Shown: positions 29,149 through 32,000 of the stretch, in pieces
How positions within the stretch are numbered: position 1 is the stretch's first letter
How the letters are laid out: each line of letters opens with the position of its first letter
Source: Raphidiopsis brookii D9
GTDB lineage: Bacteria > Cyanobacteriota > Cyanobacteriia > Cyanobacteriales > Nostocaceae
Direction of reading: 5' to 3'
DNA length: 32,000 bases
Assembly (NCBI GenBank): GCA_000175855.1
Contig: ACYB01000035.1
Span: 330,001 to 362,000, forward strand
Notes under the pieces: model-generated
Told to the model about the DNA's origin: nothing
The model's input: only the letters and a program-made list of their open reading frames with translations
Database searches by the model: none
Translations under genes and position numbers: made by a program

Positions 29149-29240
29149 TCAAAACTAGTGATATATTCTAGTTGTGTGTGAGGAGCAAATTTCAAGAAGC
29201 GCTTAGGGTGGAAACACGGCAACACTCCTGGGCGCTTTTT
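29149..29240 (-). ncRNA. Candidate Yfr1-like small RNA (strand assignment uncertain)
   Basis: The minus strand reads GCUCCUCACACAC (complement of 29176-29185 = CUCCUCACAC), a 10/11 match to the conserved unpaired Yfr1 element ACUCCUCACAC. It is flanked by two hairpins (29198-29236 and 29153-29173), as in the published Yfr1 architecture. Against this reading, the larger hairpin pairs better on the plus strand. Confidence 0.35.
29198..29240 (+). terminator. Rho-independent terminator on the plus strand
   Basis: AGCGCUUAGGG (29198-29208) pairs with UCCUGGGCGCU (29226-29236) over 11 bp, including three G-U pairs that become C-A mismatches on the other strand. A UUUUU run follows through 29240. 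Confidence 0.6.
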
Positions 29241-29263
29241 GATTGTCTAGCTTTAGTCAGAAC

Positions 29264-29995
29264 CTAATCAGATGCCATAATTTGTTGCCATTCTTCGGGG
29301 GAAAGAGGTTCCTCTTCCAGATCTATATTAAAGACATCACAAGCAGCAGCAATCAAACTGGGAATAATAACTTCTCGAGTCAGACTTTTAGGGAAGTTAA
29401 TGGGAACAAAGGAACTTTCACCAAATATGGTCTCAAACAGTTCCTGATCTGGTTCCAAGGCCATGGAGCCATGTTGGAGAATGGTCTTATCAGTTCGCAG
29501 TTGGGCGCTACCAATCAGTTTAGCACCATTTGATAGGATTAAATCTGCACCCGTTGCAGTTCCAAAGCAGTTAGGATTGTGGATATAACCCCTTCCTGCT
29601 TGACCATAGCTTAATTGCACCCCAAGTGACCCCCATCCTTGAATCAGAAAGTCACAAATCTTGGTGTAAGATTGCAATCGGTTCCCGGTTATTGCTGATG
29701 TGATAACGGTGTAGGTTAAATCACCTTGATGTAGAACCGCCCTACCACCACTCGGACGACAGACTAAATCTATCCTCTCACCTTGCCAAATTAAGTGATG
29801 CCAAAAGTCTGGGTATGTTTTTTGATGATGGCCCAGGGAAATAGCAGGGGGAGACCAGGTATAAAACCTGAGAATTCCAGAGTATGTTTTTAAAAATTGG
29901 TGCTGATAGTGTTGCAGTAACCACCTATCAACTGCCATTTGTATTTTACCAGGTGCTGGAAAGCAGGGAATTAACCGCCAAATTTGTTTGACCAC
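29264..29995 (-). CDS. Biotin/lipoate A/B protein ligase family protein (lipoate-protein ligase-like)
   Basis: FYTWSPPAISLGHHQ, RPSGGRAVLHQGDLTY and NGAKLIGSAQ motifs. The GTG start at 29995 (MVKQIWRLIP) is preferred. The track's extension to 30283 is hydrophobic junk that overlaps the divergent gene. Confidence 0.8.
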   Translation of the reverse strand: MVKQIWRLIPCFPAPGKIQMAVDRWLLQHYQHQFLKTYSGILRFYTWSPPAISLGHHQKTYPDFWHHLIWQGERIDLVCRPSGGRAVLHQGDLTYTVITSAITGNRLQSYTKICDFLIQGWGSLGVQLSYGQAGRGYIHNPNCFGTATGADLILSNGAKLIGSAQLRTDKTILQHGSMALEPDQELFETIFGESSFVPINFPKSLTREVIIPSLIAAACDVFNIDLEEEPLSPEEWQQIMASD

Positions 29996-30051
29996 AAAAA
30001 GTTGGAAAACTACTATAATATGGTACAGAATTCTGAGCAAGGAAAAGAAAA

Positions 30052-30627
30052 TTGCAAGAATCACAACAAAAAGCACCAATACACAAGATATCAAAAGAAC
30101 CAACATTCTACTATTTTGCATACGGTTCTTGCATGTGCCCGGTAGACCTAAAGCGATCGCTTGGTGAGAATGTCCATCCTTACGTAATTGGACATGGCAT
30201 ACTAAAAGAATATAGATTGAGATTTTATGGTTACTCCCACTTACGTAAATGCGGGGTTTTAGATGTGGTACAAGATAGTACATCTCTAGTTAGGGGCGTG
30301 CTATACGAACTACCGTGGAGGTTCAGTGGAAATTTGGATAAGCGAGAGGGGGTATGCCAGGAATTCTATCGTCGTGAGATAGTTAACATTCAGCACGAAG
30401 GTGAAATATACAAAAATGTTCGCACGTACGTTGTGGTAAATAAATTACTAGAGGAAATACCACCAAATGATTGGTATTTTAATGTAGTATTAAGAGGTGC
30501 AATTACCTGTGGGTTACCAGAAGAATATTGCTGGCATTTGTTTGACAAAATGCACGGGTTACAACAGAAATCGCACCAAACCTCTAACATCGATAAAAAG
30601 AATTTTAAGAAGACCCGCAACTCCTAA
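30052..30627 (+). CDS. Gamma-glutamylcyclotransferase (GGCT/AIG2-like) family protein
   Basis: N-terminal FYYFAYGSCM resembles the YFAYGSN(M/L) motif of GGCT-fold proteins. The TTG start is uncertain. Confidence 0.6.
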   Translation: MQESQQKAPIHKISKEPTFYYFAYGSCMCPVDLKRSLGENVHPYVIGHGILKEYRLRFYGYSHLRKCGVLDVVQDSTSLVRGVLYELPWRFSGNLDKREGVCQEFYRREIVNIQHEGEIYKNVRTYVVVNKLLEEIPPNDWYFNVVLRGAITCGLPEEYCWHLFDKMHGLQQKSHQTSNIDKKNFKKTRNS

Positions 30628-30648
30628 ACCCAGTAAACCTAGTAATGG

Positions 30649-31245
30649 TTAGTCTAATTCCCGACGACCTTCTAGTGCTTTAGCCAATGTAATTTCATCA
30701 GCATACTCTAAATCACCACCCATAGGTAAACCGAAAGCGATGCGGGTTACCCTGGTAAATGGTTTAAGTAACCCAGCTATATACAGAGTTGTAGTTTCCC
30801 CCTCCACACTAGGACTAATGGCCATAATCACCTCTTGGGGTTTTTGTTGACTGACGCGACGGACGAGAGCTTGTAAAGTCAACTGTTCAGGTCCCATACC
30901 ATCCATAGGGGAAATCACCCCGCCCAAGACGTGATACTTACCCCTATACTCACGGGTTTTTTCCAAAGCAATCACATCGCGGGAATCAGCAACCACACAA
31001 ATAGTTTGACTATCTCGATGGGGATTGCGGCAAATTTCACACACAGGTTCTGCTGTAAGATGATAACAAACCTGACATAACCCCACTTGTTTTTTGGCAT
31101 CAATTAATGTTTGTGCAAGAGCTTCAATTTCAGACTCTGGACGCTTTAGGATATATAAGGCTAGGCGTTGGGCAGACTTGGGCCCCACTCCAGGAAGGCG
31201 TTGTAATTGTTCAATTAATCTGGCTAATGGGCGTGTATAAACCGT
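30649..31245 (-). CDS. recR: Recombination protein RecR (no canonical start codon in frame)
   Basis: HhH region (V)[27 protein letters not shown], Zn finger [16 protein letters not shown] and a Toprim domain. The conserved N-terminus extends upstream of the track's GTG (31188). An AGGAG Shine-Dalgarno sequence lies 7 nt before an ACG codon (31243-31245). Confidence 0.85.
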   Translation of the reverse strand, partial: TVYTRPLARLIEQLQRLPGVGPKSAQRLALYILKRPESEIEALAQTLIDAKKQVGLCQVCYHLTAEPVCEICRNPHRDSQTICVVADSRDVIALEKTREYRGKYHVLGGVISPMDGMGPEQLTLQALVRRVSQQKPQEVIMAISPSVEGETTTLYIAGLLKPFTRVTRIAFGLPMGGDLEYADEITLAKALEGRRELD

Positions 31246-31360
31246 AGACTTTCTCCTGTATTTACTAAACTTATTTTATAGTGATGATGATATTAAGTTT
31301 AGCATTGGGTTGCTGGGCGTAACGTCTACAATTATTTTATATAGTATATATATTATTATA

Positions 31361-31843
31361 CTAAATATAGTACATAGGATTCTCCTGTGACCTTATTTCC
31401 CTTTCTTGACACAGGTCCTGTAAGGTGTAGCGACCTAACACCTCTACTGAAGCTATGTTGGCCCGCTCCCAAATTTCCCACACTAGGCTTTTCTCTATGG
31501 TCAAAACCTTAGCATTTCTCTTTTCATTCCTTTCCCCTTCTATTAAAGTAACTATCTCTAGCAAGCTGATCTCCCAAGGTTCACGCACCAATAAAAAACC
31601 CCCTTTTGATCCCCGCTGGCTTTGCACTATTCCTGCACGTCGTAATTGGGTGAGAATTTGCTCTAAGTAACGCTCTGGTATCGGTTGTTTGGCGGCAATG
31701 TCGTTGATCGTTAGAGTCGCTTTCTTCCCGTAATTAATAGCTAGCTCTAATAGTGCTAACAGTGCGTACTCCACTTTGGCAGACAGCTCTAAAAGTCCGT
31801 AATTTTGACTATTCCCGTCGGTGTTTAAAATATTATTGTTCAT
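31361..31843 (-). CDS. Rrf2 family transcriptional regulator
   Basis: The winged-helix region LSAKVEYALLALLELA...INDIAAKQPIPERYLEQILTQLRRAGIVQSQRGSKGGFLL is typical of Rrf2/IscR-like proteins. No C-terminal Cys cluster is evident. Confidence 0.85.
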   Translation of the reverse strand: MNNNILNTDGNSQNYGLLELSAKVEYALLALLELAINYGKKATLTINDIAAKQPIPERYLEQILTQLRRAGIVQSQRGSKGGFLLVREPWEISLLEIVTLIEGERNEKRNAKVLTIEKSLVWEIWERANIASVEVLGRYTLQDLCQEREIRSQENPMYYI

Positions 31844-32000
31844 TGATTTGTTTATGGGTTTTTATGCGAGACTAGTTGCTTTCTCATTTTGTGATACTAA
31901 AATATCATAACTCTATCGGTTTTTCGTATTTTTGTCTACCCAGAGCAAAAAACCTAAAAATCCATCTTTTAGGTCCTAATTTAATGTATACTACGATTAC

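Noticed and set aside
29996-30283. N-terminal extension of the lipoate-ligase-family ORF to 339 aa
   Set aside because: The extension is hydrophobic and low-complexity, overlaps the divergent GGCT-like gene, and lies upstream of where the family's conserved core begins. The GTG at 29995 gives a normal ~243-aa protein.

Overview
This window is cyanobacterial chromosome. It carries 12 copies of the HIP1 octamer GCGATCGC, and genes such as psbU, btpA, a VKOR-thioredoxin fusion and a DUF3084-like/ruvX pair suggest a filamentous Nostocales-type genome. This taxonomic placement is an inference. Both flanks hold ordinary housekeeping genes. The left flank has pnp (5' partial), ruvX-like, psbU, nadB, VKOR, btpA, rimO, a DEAD-box helicase and folA. 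The right flank has a ROK sugar kinase, a BtuF-like binding protein, spoT/relA, a lipoate-ligase family gene, a GGCT-like gene, recR and an Rrf2 regulator. The stand-out region is about 13.4-23.9 kb and holds nine genes with no housekeeping assignment. Its core is a tightly coupled plus-strand operon (15055-20337) encoding a 4-TM protein, a tubulin/FtsZ-superfamily GTPase domain protein, two small unknown proteins and a very large protein. The C-terminal half of that large protein has every Hsp70/actin-fold ATPase fingerprint. A lipoprotein with a vWA MIDAS motif is transcribed divergently from the operon. Three downstream proteins follow (one Zn-ribbon, one with signal peptide plus a single TM, one coiled-coil) that share a roughly 120-aa domain I cannot name. 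I cannot match this combination to any characterised system and flag it as the candidate novel system. No integrase, transposase, tRNA, rRNA or CRISPR array was seen. Secondary observations are listed as findings: a Yfr1-like sRNA motif locus, a 690-bp gene-free region with RNA-like helices, two apparent 1-nt homopolymer frame breaks, and a recR without a canonical start codon. All calls come from reading the translations and the DNA by eye. No database search was run.
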